Source of the DNA: Leptothrix sp. (in: b-proteobacteria)
Lineage (GTDB): Bacteria; Pseudomonadota; Gammaproteobacteria; Burkholderiales; Burkholderiaceae_C
Length of the DNA stretch: 64,000 bases
NCBI GenBank assembly: GCA_013822265.1
Contig: PNKD01000004.1
Coordinates: 9,183 to 73,182 of the forward strand
Direction of reading: 5' to 3'
In this document: piece by piece, positions 31,389-42,304 of the stretch
Position numbering within the stretch: the stretch's first letter is position 1
How the letters are laid out: each line of letters begins with the position of its first letter
Translations under genes and position numbers: made by a program
Notes under the pieces: model-generated
The model's input: only the letters and a program-made list of their open reading frames with translations
What the model was told of the DNA's origin: nothing
Database searches by the model: none

Positions 31389-31568
31389 GCGGTTCTCCTG
31401 CTTCCGGTTCGGCGGTGCGCCCGCGGTTGCGGCGCAATCGATCGACCTGCTGCAGGAATTATTGAGAGCGCAGGCGGCCGTCTAAGGGTCGATAAGGGCG
31501 GCCAAAGCCGCTCTTCACGGCGTGTTTCGGCGGCACGCGAAGCGGCCAGCGCTGCCTCGCGGTGTGGC

Positions 31569-32870
31569 TCAGGCCACGAGGTCGACGACGCCGCGGCGGC
31601 GTGCGGGCAGGGAAGCCAGGGGCGCGCCGCCCCCGTCGACGCTGGCCGTGGCGTCCCGTTCGCCGCGGCCGCCGCGCGAGCGCGAGCCGGTGGCGCCGCC
31701 GTCGGTCTGCGGTTGGCTCGCCTGCTCGAAGACGCCGCCGCCGCTGAGCGTGAGCCCGGCCTCGCGCAGGCTGCTGGCCAGTGTCGGCATGGCCTGTTCC
31801 AGCGCCTGCCGCGTGCCGGCGAGTTCGGCCGCGAGGTTCACTCTTGCCAGGCTGCCGTCGAGCGCGATCTGCACCGTCACCGGGCCGAGCTCGAGCGGGT
31901 GCAGCTCCAGGCGGGCGTGCTGCACGCCTTCACGCACGAAGGTGGTGAGCTGGGTGCCGAGTTGAGTGGCGAATTCGGGGCTGCCGGGCGTGGCCGCCAG
32001 CTGGGCGCGCGCCGGCCCGGCCGGCGAGGCGCCCGCGCTCGGGCCTGCCACGCCCGTGGCGGCGGCGGTGGCCAGCAGCGCGGCCGGTGCGGCGGCGGCA
32101 TCGGCCGCCGCGACGCGGGCCTCGGTGGCGGGCTGGGCCGTGGCCTGCTGGCGCTGGGCGCCGAGGTCGGCGGCACGTTCTGCACCGCTTTCGATGGCCT
32201 GGGCCTTGCGCATCAGTGGTGCGAACTCGCCGTCGTCGACGGCGGCGCCTTGGCCGGCGGGTGTCGCGCCGCCGGGGCGGCCGACGCCGCGCGTTTTGTC
32301 GGCACCGTTGGCGCCGTCGGCGAGCAGGGGCCGCAGCTCGTCGGCCGCGCGGGCCTCGGCCGCCTCGGCGTCGGTGGGCAGGCTGGCGCGTGCGCCCGCC
32401 GCCCCGGTGCCGCGTGGGCCGGCTTCGGCCGTGCCTGGCCGCGGCAGCGCGGCCAGCCCGGCCAGCAGCGCCGCAGCGTCGGCGCCCGGCGCGAGATCGG
32501 CCAGCGGCGTGTCGTCGACAGCGCTGCGGTCGGTCGCTTCGAGCCGTCGGCCCTCGCCGGCCTCGGCCCGGGGCTCCGTGCCGGCCTCAGCGCCGGTGCG
32601 CTGCGCGTCGGCCGCGGCGGCGTCGGGCTCGGCCTGTGTGGCCTTGGCTTTGGACGGTTTGGCCGTCGGTGTCGTGGCGGTCGCGGCAGCGGCGCCGTCG
32701 GCCGCGCCGGGCTGAGCCTGCTGGCGCGCCTGCGCCAGGCGGCGGGCCTCGGCGGCGTCAAGCATGCGGGCAAAGCTGTCGGGGCCGTCGGCATTGCCGG
32801 GGGCTTGTGCTGCAGGGGTCGGTTTCGCGCTGGGCGCGGGCTGAACCGGGGGCAGGGCGGTGGCGAACAT
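31569..32870 (-). CDS. fliK: Flagellar hook-length control protein FliK
   Basis: Ala/Pro-rich N-terminus; ARLELHPLELGPVTV...LEQAMPTLASSL. Confidence 0.9.
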   Translation of the reverse strand: MFATALPPVQPAPSAKPTPAAQAPGNADGPDSFARMLDAAEARRLAQARQQAQPGAADGAAAATATTPTAKPSKAKATQAEPDAAAADAQRTGAEAGTEPRAEAGEGRRLEATDRSAVDDTPLADLAPGADAAALLAGLAALPRPGTAEAGPRGTGAAGARASLPTDAEAAEARAADELRPLLADGANGADKTRGVGRPGGATPAGQGAAVDDGEFAPLMRKAQAIESGAERAADLGAQRQQATAQPATEARVAAADAAAAPAALLATAAATGVAGPSAGASPAGPARAQLAATPGSPEFATQLGTQLTTFVREGVQHARLELHPLELGPVTVQIALDGSLARVNLAAELAGTRQALEQAMPTLASSLREAGLTLSGGGVFEQASQPQTDGGATGSRSRGGRGERDATASVDGGGAPLASLPARRRGVVDLVA

Positions 32871-32935
32871 GGACGGGGCTCCGGGGGCGGGTCGAGGGGG
32901 CCGGGCTGGGCGGACGGGAGGGGACGGCGGGGCGG

Positions 32936-33427
32936 TCAGTGCGCCGCCGGCGCGGCCTCGGCGCCCAGGCGCCAGCCGCCGCCTTGCGCGGCGTCGGTCT
33001 GGCGGCGGTACTGGTTCTGCGCCGCATCGTCGCTGCGGCGCTGCTCCATCCTGTCGGCATGCACGCGGGCTTGTTGGCCGCGCCGGTCCATCAGTTTGCG
33101 CACCGAGGCCACGCGCAGCTCCTGCGCCATCAGCTCGCCGCGCAGCACGGCGCAGCGCGCCTCGGCGCCCTGCACCTGTCCCGCCTGCTGCTGCATGGCC
33201 TGATCCAGGCGCTGCACGAAGTCCTGGTGGCAGCGCAGCGCCTCGATGCCGGCACTGCGGCCGCCCAGCGCCGGGTTGCGCTGGCGGTACTCGTCGCGGT
33301 AGGCCAGCAGCTGCTCGGCCTGCATGGCCAGGCTGCGCAGCAGGGCCTCGGTCTGCAGCAGCGCGATCAGGGTCTCGTCGCGCTGTCGCTCGGCGTGTTC
33401 GAGCAGGGTGTTCAGGGCGGTGGTCAT
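32936..33427 (-). CDS. fliJ: Flagellar export protein FliJ
   Basis: Coiled coil, 'QLLAYRDEY', 'EQRRSDD'; follows fliI. Confidence 0.88.
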   Translation of the reverse strand: MTTALNTLLEHAERQRDETLIALLQTEALLRSLAMQAEQLLAYRDEYRQRNPALGGRSAGIEALRCHQDFVQRLDQAMQQQAGQVQGAEARCAVLRGELMAQELRVASVRKLMDRRGQQARVHADRMEQRRSDDAAQNQYRRQTDAAQGGGWRLGAEAAPAAH

Positions 33428-33470
33428 GGGTGGGCTTCCGGGCGGGCGGGTGGGGGCGCGGGCGGCAGGG

Positions 33471-34895
33471 TCAGGCTGCCATCAGGTGGTTGAGCTGGGC
33501 GCGGCACATGTCGAGTGCGGCGCTTTCGTGCATGTCCTGCTGCAGCAGCGCGTTCATCTGCGGTTGCAGCTTGACGGCCAGATCGAGCTCGGCGTCGTGC
33601 CCGGGCTGGTAGGCGCCGAGCTGGATCAGGTCGCGCGCCTTGTTCACCTTGGCCAGCAGCTGGCGCATGCGGCGCGCCGACTGCAGGTGATCGCGCGGTG
33701 CCACTGCCGTCATCACGCGTGAGATCGAGCGCTCGACGTCGATGGCCGGAAAGTGGCCGCTCTCGGCGAGTTCGCGGCTGAGCACGATGTGGCCGTCGAG
33801 GATGCCGCGCGCGGCGTCGGCGATGGGGTCCTGCGGATCGTCGCCTTCGCTGAGCACGGTGTAGAAGGCGGTGATCGAGCCCTGGCCGGCAAGGCCGTTG
33901 CCGCTGCGTTCCACCAGCTGCGGCAGCTTGGCAAAGCAGCTCGGCGGGTAGCCCTTGGTGGCCGGCGGCTCGCCGATGGCCAGCGCGATCTCGCGCTGCG
34001 CCATGGCGTAGCGTGTCAGGCTGTCCATCAGCAGCAGCACGTGCTGGCCGCGGTCTCTGAAGTGCTCGGCGATGGCCGTGGCGTAGCTGGCACCCTGCAT
34101 GCGCAGCAGCGGGGGCGCGTCGGCGGGGGCGGCGACGACGACGCTGCGCGCGCGGCCTTCCTCTTCGAGGATGTCCTCGATGAACTCCTTGACCTCGCGG
34201 CCGCGTTCGCCGATGAGGCCCACGACGATGACGTCGGCCTCGGTGTAGCGCGCCATCATGCCCAGCAGCACGCTCTTGCCCACGCCGGTGCCGGCGAACA
34301 GGCCGATGCGCTGGCCGCGGCCGACGGTGAGCAGCGCGTTGATGGCACGCACGCCGGTGTCCAGCGGCCTGCGCACGGGGTCGCGGTCCATGGCGTTGAT
34401 GGGGCGGCGCACCAGCGGCTCGGTGTGCACGCCTTCGAGCGGGCCCATGCGGTCCAGCGGCTTGCCGTGCGAATCGACGACGCGGCCGAGCAGCCCCGCG
34501 CCCATCGGCAGGTGCAGGCCGCGGTCTTCGCTGCGCCGCCAGGCGTGGTTCCCGGCGCCCCAGCGCGGCGGCGAGGCCGGTGCCGGCCGCGGCACGACAC
34601 GCGCGCCGCTGGCCAGGCCGTGCAGTTCGCCCATGGGCATGAGGAAGGCGCGGTCGCCGTTGAAGCCCACCACCTCGGCCAGCACCGCGGGCTGGCCCGG
34701 ACAATGCACCTCGCAGACGCTGCCCACGGGCACGCGCACGCCGGCGGCTTCGAGCACCAAGCCGGTGACACGCAGCAGCGTGCCCACGGTCTCCAGCGGC
34801 TGCTGCAGCGCGGCGTAGCCCTGCAGGTCGTCGAGATAGCGCTGCCAGCGCTGGCGGCGCGAGCGCAGCAGCTCGTCGGGGCGCGGCGTGGCCAT
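33471..34895 (-). CDS. fliI: Flagellum-specific ATPase FliI
   Basis: [40 protein letters not shown]. Confidence 0.96.
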   Translation of the reverse strand: MATPRPDELLRSRRQRWQRYLDDLQGYAALQQPLETVGTLLRVTGLVLEAAGVRVPVGSVCEVHCPGQPAVLAEVVGFNGDRAFLMPMGELHGLASGARVVPRPAPASPPRWGAGNHAWRRSEDRGLHLPMGAGLLGRVVDSHGKPLDRMGPLEGVHTEPLVRRPINAMDRDPVRRPLDTGVRAINALLTVGRGQRIGLFAGTGVGKSVLLGMMARYTEADVIVVGLIGERGREVKEFIEDILEEEGRARSVVVAAPADAPPLLRMQGASYATAIAEHFRDRGQHVLLLMDSLTRYAMAQREIALAIGEPPATKGYPPSCFAKLPQLVERSGNGLAGQGSITAFYTVLSEGDDPQDPIADAARGILDGHIVLSRELAESGHFPAIDVERSISRVMTAVAPRDHLQSARRMRQLLAKVNKARDLIQLGAYQPGHDAELDLAVKLQPQMNALLQQDMHESAALDMCRAQLNHLMAA

Positions 34896-34962
34896 GGCGT
34901 TCACGGGACCACCCCGTGCGCTGCGCGCTGCGGGGTGAGCGCTGGGGAGCGGCCCGGCGCGT

Positions 34963-35676
34963 TCATGCCGGATCCTCGTCGAGCGCCAGCGTCGAGCCCA
35001 GCGCCGCGGCCGCCTGCGCCCAGCGCACGCCGATGCGCGCGTCCACCGCGCCGACATCGCTCTGCACCAGCACGCCACCGCGCCGGATGCCGGCGTCGGC
35101 GTGCAGGCGGGCGCCGCGCGCCTGCAGCGCGTCGGCCGCGCCTTCGCTCACCAGCGGCAGGTCGGCCGGGTGCACGTGCACGGCGATGTGGCGGGCGCTC
35201 AGCATCACCGCGTTGACGGCTTCGGCGGCCACGCGGGCCACCACTTCGGGGTGCGAGTCGAGCTCGGCACGCAGCACCTGCTGGGCCAGCAGCACGGCGC
35301 TGCGCGCCAGCGCGCCGGCCATCTCGGCGTCCAGCGCCGAGAGCTGCTCGTCGAAGCTGTCGAGCAGGGCGCCGATCTGCGAGGTGGCCTGCTGCGCGAA
35401 CGCCTGCTTGAAGTTCTCCAGCGCCACCAGGCCGTCGCGGTAGCCGTCCTGGTAGCCGGCCTGGCGTGCGGCGGCGATGCGCGCCTGCCAGTCTGCCGAG
35501 GTCGGCTCGGCGGCGGCGGGCGCGCTCGCAGGCGGCTCGCCCAGGCTGCCCGGCTGCCAGCTGGCGAAGTCGCCCAGCTCTTCGCGCGGGATGAAGCGCT
35601 GGTAGGTCGAGCCCGTCTTGCCGCCGGTGGGCGGCGGCACGTTGCGGAAGAAGGGGCCTTTCGGCGGCGCGCCCAT
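34963..35676 (-). CDS. fliH: Flagellar assembly protein FliH
   Basis: GYQDGYRDG repeats, VHPADL, GGVLVQS. Confidence 0.92.
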   Translation of the reverse strand: MGAPPKGPFFRNVPPPTGGKTGSTYQRFIPREELGDFASWQPGSLGEPPASAPAAAEPTSADWQARIAAARQAGYQDGYRDGLVALENFKQAFAQQATSQIGALLDSFDEQLSALDAEMAGALARSAVLLAQQVLRAELDSHPEVVARVAAEAVNAVMLSARHIAVHVHPADLPLVSEGAADALQARGARLHADAGIRRGGVLVQSDVGAVDARIGVRWAQAAAALGSTLALDEDPA

Positions 35677-36687
35677 TTAGACGAAGGCCTCGTCGCCACC
35701 ACCGGCCAGCACGATCTGGCCCTCGTCGACCAAGCGGCGCACGATCTTGAGCATCTCCTTCTGCTCGGCCTCGACCTCGGACAGCCGCACCGGGCCGCGC
35801 GACTCCAGGTCTTCCTTCAGCGTCTCGGCAGCGCGGCTGCTCATGTTGCGGAAGATCTTCTCGCGCAGGGCCGGCGTGGCACCCTTCAGTGCGATGACCA
35901 GCGAGTCGGACTGCACTTCCTTCATCAGCGCCTGTATGCCCTTGTCGTCGATCTTCTCGACGTCGTCGAAGGTGAACATGTTGTCCATGATCTTCTGCGC
36001 CAGGTCGTTGTCGGCCTCGCGCACGAAGTCGAGCACGCTGGTCTCGACCGCCGTGCCCAGCATGTTGAGGATCTCGGCCGCGGTCTTCACGCCGCCCAGG
36101 CTGCTCTTGCGGCTGCGGTCGCCGCCGGCCAGCACCTTGCTCATGACCTCGTTGAGGTCGCGCAGCGCCATGGGCTGGATGCCGTCGAGCGTGGCGATGC
36201 GCACCATGACCTCGTTGCGCTGGCGTTCGGTGAACAGGCGCAGCACCTCGGCGGCCTGGTCGAATTCAAGATGCACGAGGATGGCCGCGACGATCTGCGG
36301 GTGCTCGTTGCGCAGCAGCTCGGCCACCGACATCGGGTCCATCCACTTCAGGCTCTCTATGCCGGTGACGTCGCTGCCCTGCAGGATGCGGTCTATCAGC
36401 AGGTTGGCCTTGTCGTCGCCCAGCGCGCGGCGCAGCACGCTCTTGACGTACTCGTTGTTGTCGGCCACCAGCATGTGCTCGTTGGCGGCCAGCGCGCCGA
36501 AGCAGTCCATCACCTCGTCGACGCGCTCGCGCGTCACCGCCTTCATGCGCGCGATGGTCTCGCCCAGGCGCTGCACTTCCTTGGGCGCGAGATGCCTGAA
36601 GACCTCGGCCGCGTCCTCCTCGCCCAGGGTCATGAGCAGGATGGCGGCGTTCTCCAGTCCTTGGTCTTCGTTTGCTGCGCTGGCCAT
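35677..36687 (-). CDS. fliG: Flagellar motor switch protein FliG
   Basis: AAILLMTLGE, EHPQIVA, MFTFDD, GPVRLSEVE. Confidence 0.96.
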   Translation of the reverse strand: MASAANEDQGLENAAILLMTLGEEDAAEVFRHLAPKEVQRLGETIARMKAVTRERVDEVMDCFGALAANEHMLVADNNEYVKSVLRRALGDDKANLLIDRILQGSDVTGIESLKWMDPMSVAELLRNEHPQIVAAILVHLEFDQAAEVLRLFTERQRNEVMVRIATLDGIQPMALRDLNEVMSKVLAGGDRSRKSSLGGVKTAAEILNMLGTAVETSVLDFVREADNDLAQKIMDNMFTFDDVEKIDDKGIQALMKEVQSDSLVIALKGATPALREKIFRNMSSRAAETLKEDLESRGPVRLSEVEAEQKEMLKIVRRLVDEGQIVLAGGGDEAFV

Positions 36688-36708
36688 GTCTTCGCTTCCC
36701 GCGCCCGG

Positions 36709-38400
36709 TCAGGCGGCTTCGCCGTTGACCCAGCCGCGCACGATGTTCGCCACGGCGGCCGGGTTGGCCTTGGCCAGCGCGCGGGCCTGTTCGATCTTCT
36801 CGGTGGCGTTGGGCAGCATCAGCGGCGGCGCCGGCAGGTGCGGCGTCTCGTCGGCCACGACCTCGTCGAGCTGGCTGCCCGGCTCGGGCTGCGGCGGCGA
36901 CAGCACGGCGGTGATGGCCGGCTTGATGAGCTTGCTGACGATCACCAGCGCCACCAGCGCCAGCGCCAGCGGCGCGGCGGCGCTCTTGAGCAGGTCCAGC
37001 AGCCAGGGCTGCTGCCACAGCGGCACCGCCTCGGCCTGCGGCTGCGCCTCGACGCGGAAGGGGGCGTTGACGATCTTGACGACGTCGCCGCGCTCGGCAT
37101 TGAAGCCTATACCCTGCTGCACCAGCGAGGTGAGTTGCTCGATTTCCTTCTCGCTCAACGGCGCCGACGTTGCCTTGCCCTTGTTGTCGACGCTGCTGCG
37201 GTGGTTGACGACCACGGCGGCGCTGAGGCGGCGCACCGTGCCCATGGCGTTGCGCGTGACGGTGACGGTCTTGTCGACCTCGAAGCGCGTGGCGGCCTCC
37301 CGGCGCTGCGCGCCGCCGCCGGCGCCACCGGGAATCTGCGTGCCCTGCAGCGCCTGGCTGGCGCCGTTGATCGGGGCCGTGGCGGCCACCGGCGGCTGGT
37401 TGCTCAGCGCGCCCGGGATGCCCGCCGGCGTGGCGCTGCCGGGCTGGCTGCTTTCTTCGGTGCGCTGCTCGCGGATCGCCGGCTTGCCGTCTTCACCCTG
37501 GTTGGGGCGGTAGGCCTCGGCGGTCTGCATGACCTGCGCGAAGTCGAGGTCGCCGGTGATGCTGACGCGCACGTTGTCGGCGCCGACCACGGGCTCCAGC
37601 AGCGCCAGCACGCGCTTGTGCAGGCCGGCCTCGAGCTCGCGGCGGTACTGCAGCTGCTGCGAGTCCAGGCCCTGGGCGCCGTCGTCGGCGCCCGGGCCGC
37701 TGAGCAGCGCCCCGGTGCTGTCGACCACGCTCACCGACTTGGGCGTGAGCTCGGGCACGCTGCCCGAGACCAGGCGCACGATGCCGGCGACCTGGCTGCG
37801 TTCCAGCGTGCGGCCGGGGTGCAGCGTCAGCACCACGCTGGCGCTGGGCTTTTGCTGCTCGCGGAAGAAACCGTTCTGGTTGGGCAGCGCCAGGTGTACG
37901 CGCGCGGCCTTCACCGACTCCAGGCTCTGGATGGTGGTGATGAGCTCGCCCTCGGCGACGCGCTGCATCTTCATGCGTTCCTGGCCCTGGGTCTGGCCGA
38001 AGTTGTTCTTGTCCAGCAGCTCGTAGCCCGGCGCGGTGCTGCCGCTGCCGACATTGAGCCCGGCGGCGGCCAGCTTCATGCGCAGCGGGTGCACCTGGTT
38101 GCTGGGCACCATGATCACGCTGCCGCCCTCGGTGAAGCGGTAGGGCACGTTGAGCTGCGTCAGGCGGTCGATGACCTGCCCGCCTTCCTTGTCGCTGAGG
38201 TTGCTGAACAGCGGCCGGTAGTTCGAGTCGCGGGCGCCCAGCGTCATGAAGGCCAGCACGGCCAGCAGCGCGGCGACGCCGAACATGGCGCCGATCTGCG
38301 TGCGTGCCGGCAGCGCCTGCCAGCGCGCGCCGAGGCCCGTGGCAGCGGGAGCGGCGGGGATGAGCCTGGCGGGCAGGGGGGTGACGGCTGTGTTGTCCAT
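36709..38400 (-). CDS. fliF: Flagellar M-ring protein FliF
   Basis: YRPLFSNL, GYELLD, ARVHLALP...KPSASV, RRLSAAVVVN. Confidence 0.95.
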   Translation of the reverse strand: MDNTAVTPLPARLIPAAPAATGLGARWQALPARTQIGAMFGVAALLAVLAFMTLGARDSNYRPLFSNLSDKEGGQVIDRLTQLNVPYRFTEGGSVIMVPSNQVHPLRMKLAAAGLNVGSGSTAPGYELLDKNNFGQTQGQERMKMQRVAEGELITTIQSLESVKAARVHLALPNQNGFFREQQKPSASVVLTLHPGRTLERSQVAGIVRLVSGSVPELTPKSVSVVDSTGALLSGPGADDGAQGLDSQQLQYRRELEAGLHKRVLALLEPVVGADNVRVSITGDLDFAQVMQTAEAYRPNQGEDGKPAIREQRTEESSQPGSATPAGIPGALSNQPPVAATAPINGASQALQGTQIPGGAGGGAQRREAATRFEVDKTVTVTRNAMGTVRRLSAAVVVNHRSSVDNKGKATSAPLSEKEIEQLTSLVQQGIGFNAERGDVVKIVNAPFRVEAQPQAEAVPLWQQPWLLDLLKSAAAPLALALVALVIVSKLIKPAITAVLSPPQPEPGSQLDEVVADETPHLPAPPLMLPNATEKIEQARALAKANPAAVANIVRGWVNGEAA

Positions 38401-38568
38401 GTGGTGCGTGCGCGAACTCCGGGAACGGGGCCATTGTTCGATGCCGTGGCGCCCGGCATTGGCGCGAGATGGCCGGCAAAGACGCGCCTGATCGCGCCTT
38501 CCGCGGCGCCGCGCCGGCCCTACATTGGCGGCGTGGGATGGGCTCTTGCGCCCGTCCACGCCAGCGCC

Positions 38569-38898
38569 ATGAACGACCTTCGCATCAAGCCCTTCGACTT
38601 CGCCGCCGCGGTGGCGCGGGCCGGCCTGCGCCCCGACGGCATGCCGCGCACCGAGGGCCCCACCGGCGCGCCGGGCGGCGGCTTTCGCACCGCGATGGAC
38701 ACGGCGCTCAAGGAAGTGAGCCGGAGCCAGTTCGAGGCCGGGCGGCTGCAGCGCGAGCTGACCCTGGGCAACCCGACGGTGAGTCTGGAAGACACCATGA
38801 TGGCGATGCAGAAGTCGCAGATCGGCTTCCAGGCCACGCTGCAGGTGCGCAACCGGCTCGCGCAGGCGTACAGCGACATCATGAACATGCAGGTGTGA
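38569..38898 (+). CDS. fliE: Flagellar hook-basal body protein FliE
   Basis: SLEDTMMAMQKSQIGFQATLQVRNRLAQAYSDIMNMQV; divergent from fliF. Confidence 0.95.
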   Translation: MNDLRIKPFDFAAAVARAGLRPDGMPRTEGPTGAPGGGFRTAMDTALKEVSRSQFEAGRLQRELTLGNPTVSLEDTMMAMQKSQIGFQATLQVRNRLAQAYSDIMNMQV

Positions 38899-38934
38899 AC
38901 CTGCGGGTTCATGAGCGTCGCCGCCGGGCGGCGA

Positions 38935-39732
38935 TCAGCTCAGGGTCAGCAGGTGGCGGCGCCGCTGCGTGCGGTCTATCCAGCGCTGCAGCACGCGTTC
39001 GGCGGCCGGCGGCAGTTCACGCCATTCGCAACCCAGGCGCACGCCCTGCGTGCCGTTGCCGCCGGGGCTGCCGTGGAACGGCCCCTGCGCAGCCACGTGC
39101 TGCAGCCCGACGGCAGAGGTCAGGCGGGTGTCGGCGTCGAGCTCGATGTGCACCTCGGCCACCAGCGTGCCGGCCTGCAGCGGCGGCACGTCGGGCGGCA
39201 GCCACAGCGCGCAGCCGCCGATGCTGATGTCGAGCACGCGCAGTTCGATCAGCATCTCCGGCATCGACGGGTGGCGAAAGCGCGCCTGCGGGCCGTGCTT
39301 GCCGCGTGTACGCACGCGGTAGGCGTTGCGGCGCTGGAAGCGGTAGATCTCCTCGGGCAGGCGGCACTGCAGCGCGCTGCTGCCGGTGCCGTGCACGAGC
39401 ATGAAGTCCTGCAGGTCGAACTGCAGCTTGACGCTCTCCAGGTAGGCCACGGCCACGGTCTCGTCGGCCTCGACCAGCGGCTGCAGTTGCGGCGCGGCGG
39501 CGTCGACGCTGAGGTTGATGCGGCCCTGTTCGGCGTCCAGCGTCCACAGCGTGACCGTCATCGACGTGCCGTCGGGCGTGTTCAGCACCACCGGCACGCC
39601 GCCGTCGCGCAGCGCGCGCAGCAGTTCCAGGCGCTCCTGGGGCTGGGCGACGCGAAACTCGCTCCAGGGGTCGCTGCTGCCGCTGCTGTCCAGCTCGGCC
39701 GGCCGGGTGTCGTCGAACATGGCAGTCGCCAC
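38935..39732 (-). CDS. ycgR: Flagellar brake protein (YcgR/PilZ)
   Basis: PilZ motifs QRRNAYR and DISIGG. Confidence 0.88.
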   Translation of the reverse strand: MATAMFDDTRPAELDSSGSSDPWSEFRVAQPQERLELLRALRDGGVPVVLNTPDGTSMTVTLWTLDAEQGRINLSVDAAAPQLQPLVEADETVAVAYLESVKLQFDLQDFMLVHGTGSSALQCRLPEEIYRFQRRNAYRVRTRGKHGPQARFRHPSMPEMLIELRVLDISIGGCALWLPPDVPPLQAGTLVAEVHIELDADTRLTSAVGLQHVAAQGPFHGSPGGNGTQGVRLGCEWRELPPAAERVLQRWIDRTQRRRHLLTLS

Positions 39733-39745
39733 GGCGGGTGGGTGG

Positions 39746-40069
39746 TCAATGCAGGCTTTGGGCGCGACGGCCCGACAGCGTGTCGTCCAGGTCCTTCAGC
39801 CAGGGCTCGGCGAGGTGCCGGATCTCGGCGTCGTTGACCAGGATGCGCTGCATGATGCGCGACTTGGCCTTGGCCAGTTCCATGGTCTGCGGCGCCGCCG
39901 CGCTGGCAGGCGCGGGTTCCTGCGCCGCGTTCTTGAGCCGGCTGATGAGCAGTACGCAGGCGCCCTCGAGCTTGACGACCTCGTCCCAGTTGCCCGCGCG
40001 CGCGGCAGTGAGCATGTCGACGCTGGCGCGTTCGATGGCCTCGTAGTAGCTGAGCAATTGCGCGTCCAT
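39746..40069 (-). CDS. fliT: Flagellar protein FliT
   Basis: ML.AAR.GNWDEVV.LE...ILVNDAEIRHLAEPW; downstream of fliS. Confidence 0.82.
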   Translation of the reverse strand: MDAQLLSYYEAIERASVDMLTAARAGNWDEVVKLEGACVLLISRLKNAAQEPAPASAAAPQTMELAKAKSRIMQRILVNDAEIRHLAEPWLKDLDDTLSGRRAQSLH

Positions 40070-40089
40070 GTGCGGGTTTCCCGGAGATC

Positions 40090-40521
40090 TCAGCGTGCGG
40101 AGGGAGCGCGGCGGCCGATCGCGAGCCAGGCTTCGTGCAGGGGCTGCATCAGACGCAGGCACTCGGCAATCAGCTCGGCATCGTTGCGCGCGTTGGCCAG
40201 CGTCAGTCGCTGCACCACGTAGCCGTAGAGATCCAGCAGGTCGCGCGCCAGGATGCCGCCGGCATCGACGTTGAGGTGCGAGCGCAGGCCTTCGTCGACG
40301 ATGCGGATGGCGCGGGTCAGGGCGCGGCACTTCAGTTCGGTGTCGCCGTTGGCCAGCGCGCCCTGGGCTTCTGCTGCGGCCTGCTCGAAGCCTTCGAACA
40401 GCAGGGCCACGAGCCGGTGCGCATCGGCGCCGGCGACCTGGATCTCCAGCGCGGTGGACTGGTAGGCGGCGGCGCGGTTGGGCGCAGCGCGGCGGGGGGT
40501 GAACAGCGAGGCAGCGAACAT
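40090..40521 (-). CDS. fliS: Flagellin export chaperone FliS
   Basis: ADAHRLVALLFEG, LLDLYGYV...LTLAN, LHEAW. Confidence 0.92.
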   Translation of the reverse strand: MFAASLFTPRRAAPNRAAAYQSTALEIQVAGADAHRLVALLFEGFEQAAAEAQGALANGDTELKCRALTRAIRIVDEGLRSHLNVDAGGILARDLLDLYGYVVQRLTLANARNDAELIAECLRLMQPLHEAWLAIGRRAPSAR

Positions 40522-40555
40522 GCGGTGGCCTGGGGTGAGCGTCGGGATGCTGTTT

Positions 40556-40582
40556 TTATCGGTGCCCGTGGCGCCGACTTGA
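40556..40582 (-). promoter_or_regulatory. Sigma-28 (FliA) promoter for fliS
   Basis: TCAAGTCG-N11-ACCGATAA on the minus strand. Confidence 0.7.
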
Positions 40583-40657
40583 GCTGTGCGGAGCTTGGTT
40601 CAGGGGTCTGTTCAGACGACCCGCGCACGGCACGGGCAGGCTGCGAGACCCACGATG

Positions 40658-40691
40658 AAAAACGCCCCCGGTGCATGCACGGCGGGGGCGT
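40658..40691 (-). terminator. Rho-independent terminator after fliD
   Basis: ACGCCCCC...GGGGGCGT followed by a T run. Confidence 0.65.
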
Positions 40692-40730
40692 CTGCGGGCG
40701 CCGGGCGACCCGCAGCGGCCGGCGGGCCGC

Positions 40731-42164
40731 TCACGAGTTGTTGCCGTTGTTCAGCAGGCTCATCTGCTGGCTGACGTAGCCGGCCAGGCCCGAGAGCTGG
40801 CCCATGCGCGTGTCCAGCGCGCTGTACTGGCGCTCCAGCCGCAACTGGGTGCGGGCGACGCGGTCTTCCAGGCGCGCCTGTGCCTGCTCGTTGTTGCGCT
40901 TGCGCGCCTGCAGGCTCTGCGTGCGGCTGTCCAGGGGGCCGTCGCTGTTCAGCGACTGGTTGAGCCAGCCCTGCAGCTTGTTGGCGAAGCCCTCATTGGC
41001 CGGGGTCACGGTGTCGACGTTGGAGAAGAGCTTCTTCAACTCGGCCCCGTTGGCCAGTGCCGCGGTCAGCTTGGTGGCGTTGACCTTGATGGTGCCGTCG
41101 GTGTTGAGGTTCAGACCGACGTCGGCCAGGCGCGAGTAGCTGGCGCTGATGCCGCCGCTGCCGGTGAAGATGCCGCGCAGCTGGGTCAGCATGGTGTTGC
41201 CCGAGCGGTCGCCCTGCAGCGGGCCGGCCGTCTGCGTGGCGGGGTCGTAGCTGGTCTGCTGGCGCAGCAGCTTGATGCTCTCGTTGTAGGCGTTGACGAA
41301 TTCGTCGACCGATTTCTTCAGCGCCGCGGTGTCGGGCTCGACGACGACTTCGGCCTGGCCGAGCTTGCGCAGGTTCAGCGTCAGGCCCTCGATGGTGCCG
41401 TCCAGCGTGTTCGACGCCGATTCGACGCTCACGCCGTTGATCACGGCCAGCGCGTTGGCGGCGGTCTGCGTGCGGCCCATGAGGCTGACGCCGCCGGCAC
41501 TGGGATCGAAACCCAGCGCCGACAGGCCGCCGGCGTCGTTCAGATCGCCGTCGTCGTCGATCATCACCTGCACGCGAAAGCCGTTCTCTGCACCCGAGGC
41601 CGCCGAGCGCAGCACCAGGCGGGCGCCCGAGACGTCGTTGACGATGCTGGCCGCCACGCCGGCGCCGGCGCCGTTGATCTGGTCGCGGATGTCGGTCAGC
41701 GACGCCTTGGCCGGGTCGATGGTCAGCTCGACCGCCGTGGCGCCGGCCTTGGGCACGGGCGGGTCGCTGTCGAAGTCGCCGAGCTCGATGCGCAGGGTGC
41801 CCGAGCCCAGCGACGTGCTGGCGCTGGCGAAGGCGGTGGTGGCCAGGGTCTGTGCCGCAGCCAGGCGCGAGACGGCGACGCTGTAGTTGCCCTTGAGCCC
41901 ACCGGTGGCGGTGGCGCCGAGCAAGGCGGTGTCGGTGGAGGTGGCGGTGCTGGCGCTCCAGGTGCTGGCCTGGGTCAGCTTGCTCGCGGCGTCACGCAGC
42001 GTCGAGAAGGAACCCTGCACCCGTCCGAATGCGGAAATCTGCGTCTGCAGGCGCGTGGCTTCGCCTTGCAGCTGGCGGATGGGCTGCCGTTCGATGTCGA
42101 CGAGCCGGCTGACGATGCTCCCGACGTCGAGGCCGCTGCCGATGCCGGCGGATGAGATGGCCAT
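40731..42164 (-). CDS. fliD: Flagellar filament cap FliD
   Basis: MAISSAGIGSGLDV N-terminus; QYSALDTRMGQL C-terminus. Confidence 0.95.
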   Translation of the reverse strand: MAISSAGIGSGLDVGSIVSRLVDIERQPIRQLQGEATRLQTQISAFGRVQGSFSTLRDAASKLTQASTWSASTATSTDTALLGATATGGLKGNYSVAVSRLAAAQTLATTAFASASTSLGSGTLRIELGDFDSDPPVPKAGATAVELTIDPAKASLTDIRDQINGAGAGVAASIVNDVSGARLVLRSAASGAENGFRVQVMIDDDGDLNDAGGLSALGFDPSAGGVSLMGRTQTAANALAVINGVSVESASNTLDGTIEGLTLNLRKLGQAEVVVEPDTAALKKSVDEFVNAYNESIKLLRQQTSYDPATQTAGPLQGDRSGNTMLTQLRGIFTGSGGISASYSRLADVGLNLNTDGTIKVNATKLTAALANGAELKKLFSNVDTVTPANEGFANKLQGWLNQSLNSDGPLDSRTQSLQARKRNNEQAQARLEDRVARTQLRLERQYSALDTRMGQLSGLAGYVSQQMSLLNNGNNS

Positions 42165-42239
42165 GGTGTGGATCTCCGTAGGGTGATGGAACCACGCCAG
42201 CCACCACGGGCAGGTCGAAATTCCAGGTATTCACCGCCG

Positions 42240-42266
42240 TTTTCGACACCTGCCCGGACAACTTTA
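42240..42266 (-). promoter_or_regulatory. Sigma-28 promoter for fliD
   Basis: TAAAGTTG-N11-GTCGAAAA. Confidence 0.75.
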
Positions 42267-42304
42267 GGGGGATTTTTTGCGGCCCCCCGCGGTCGGGGAC
42301 GACG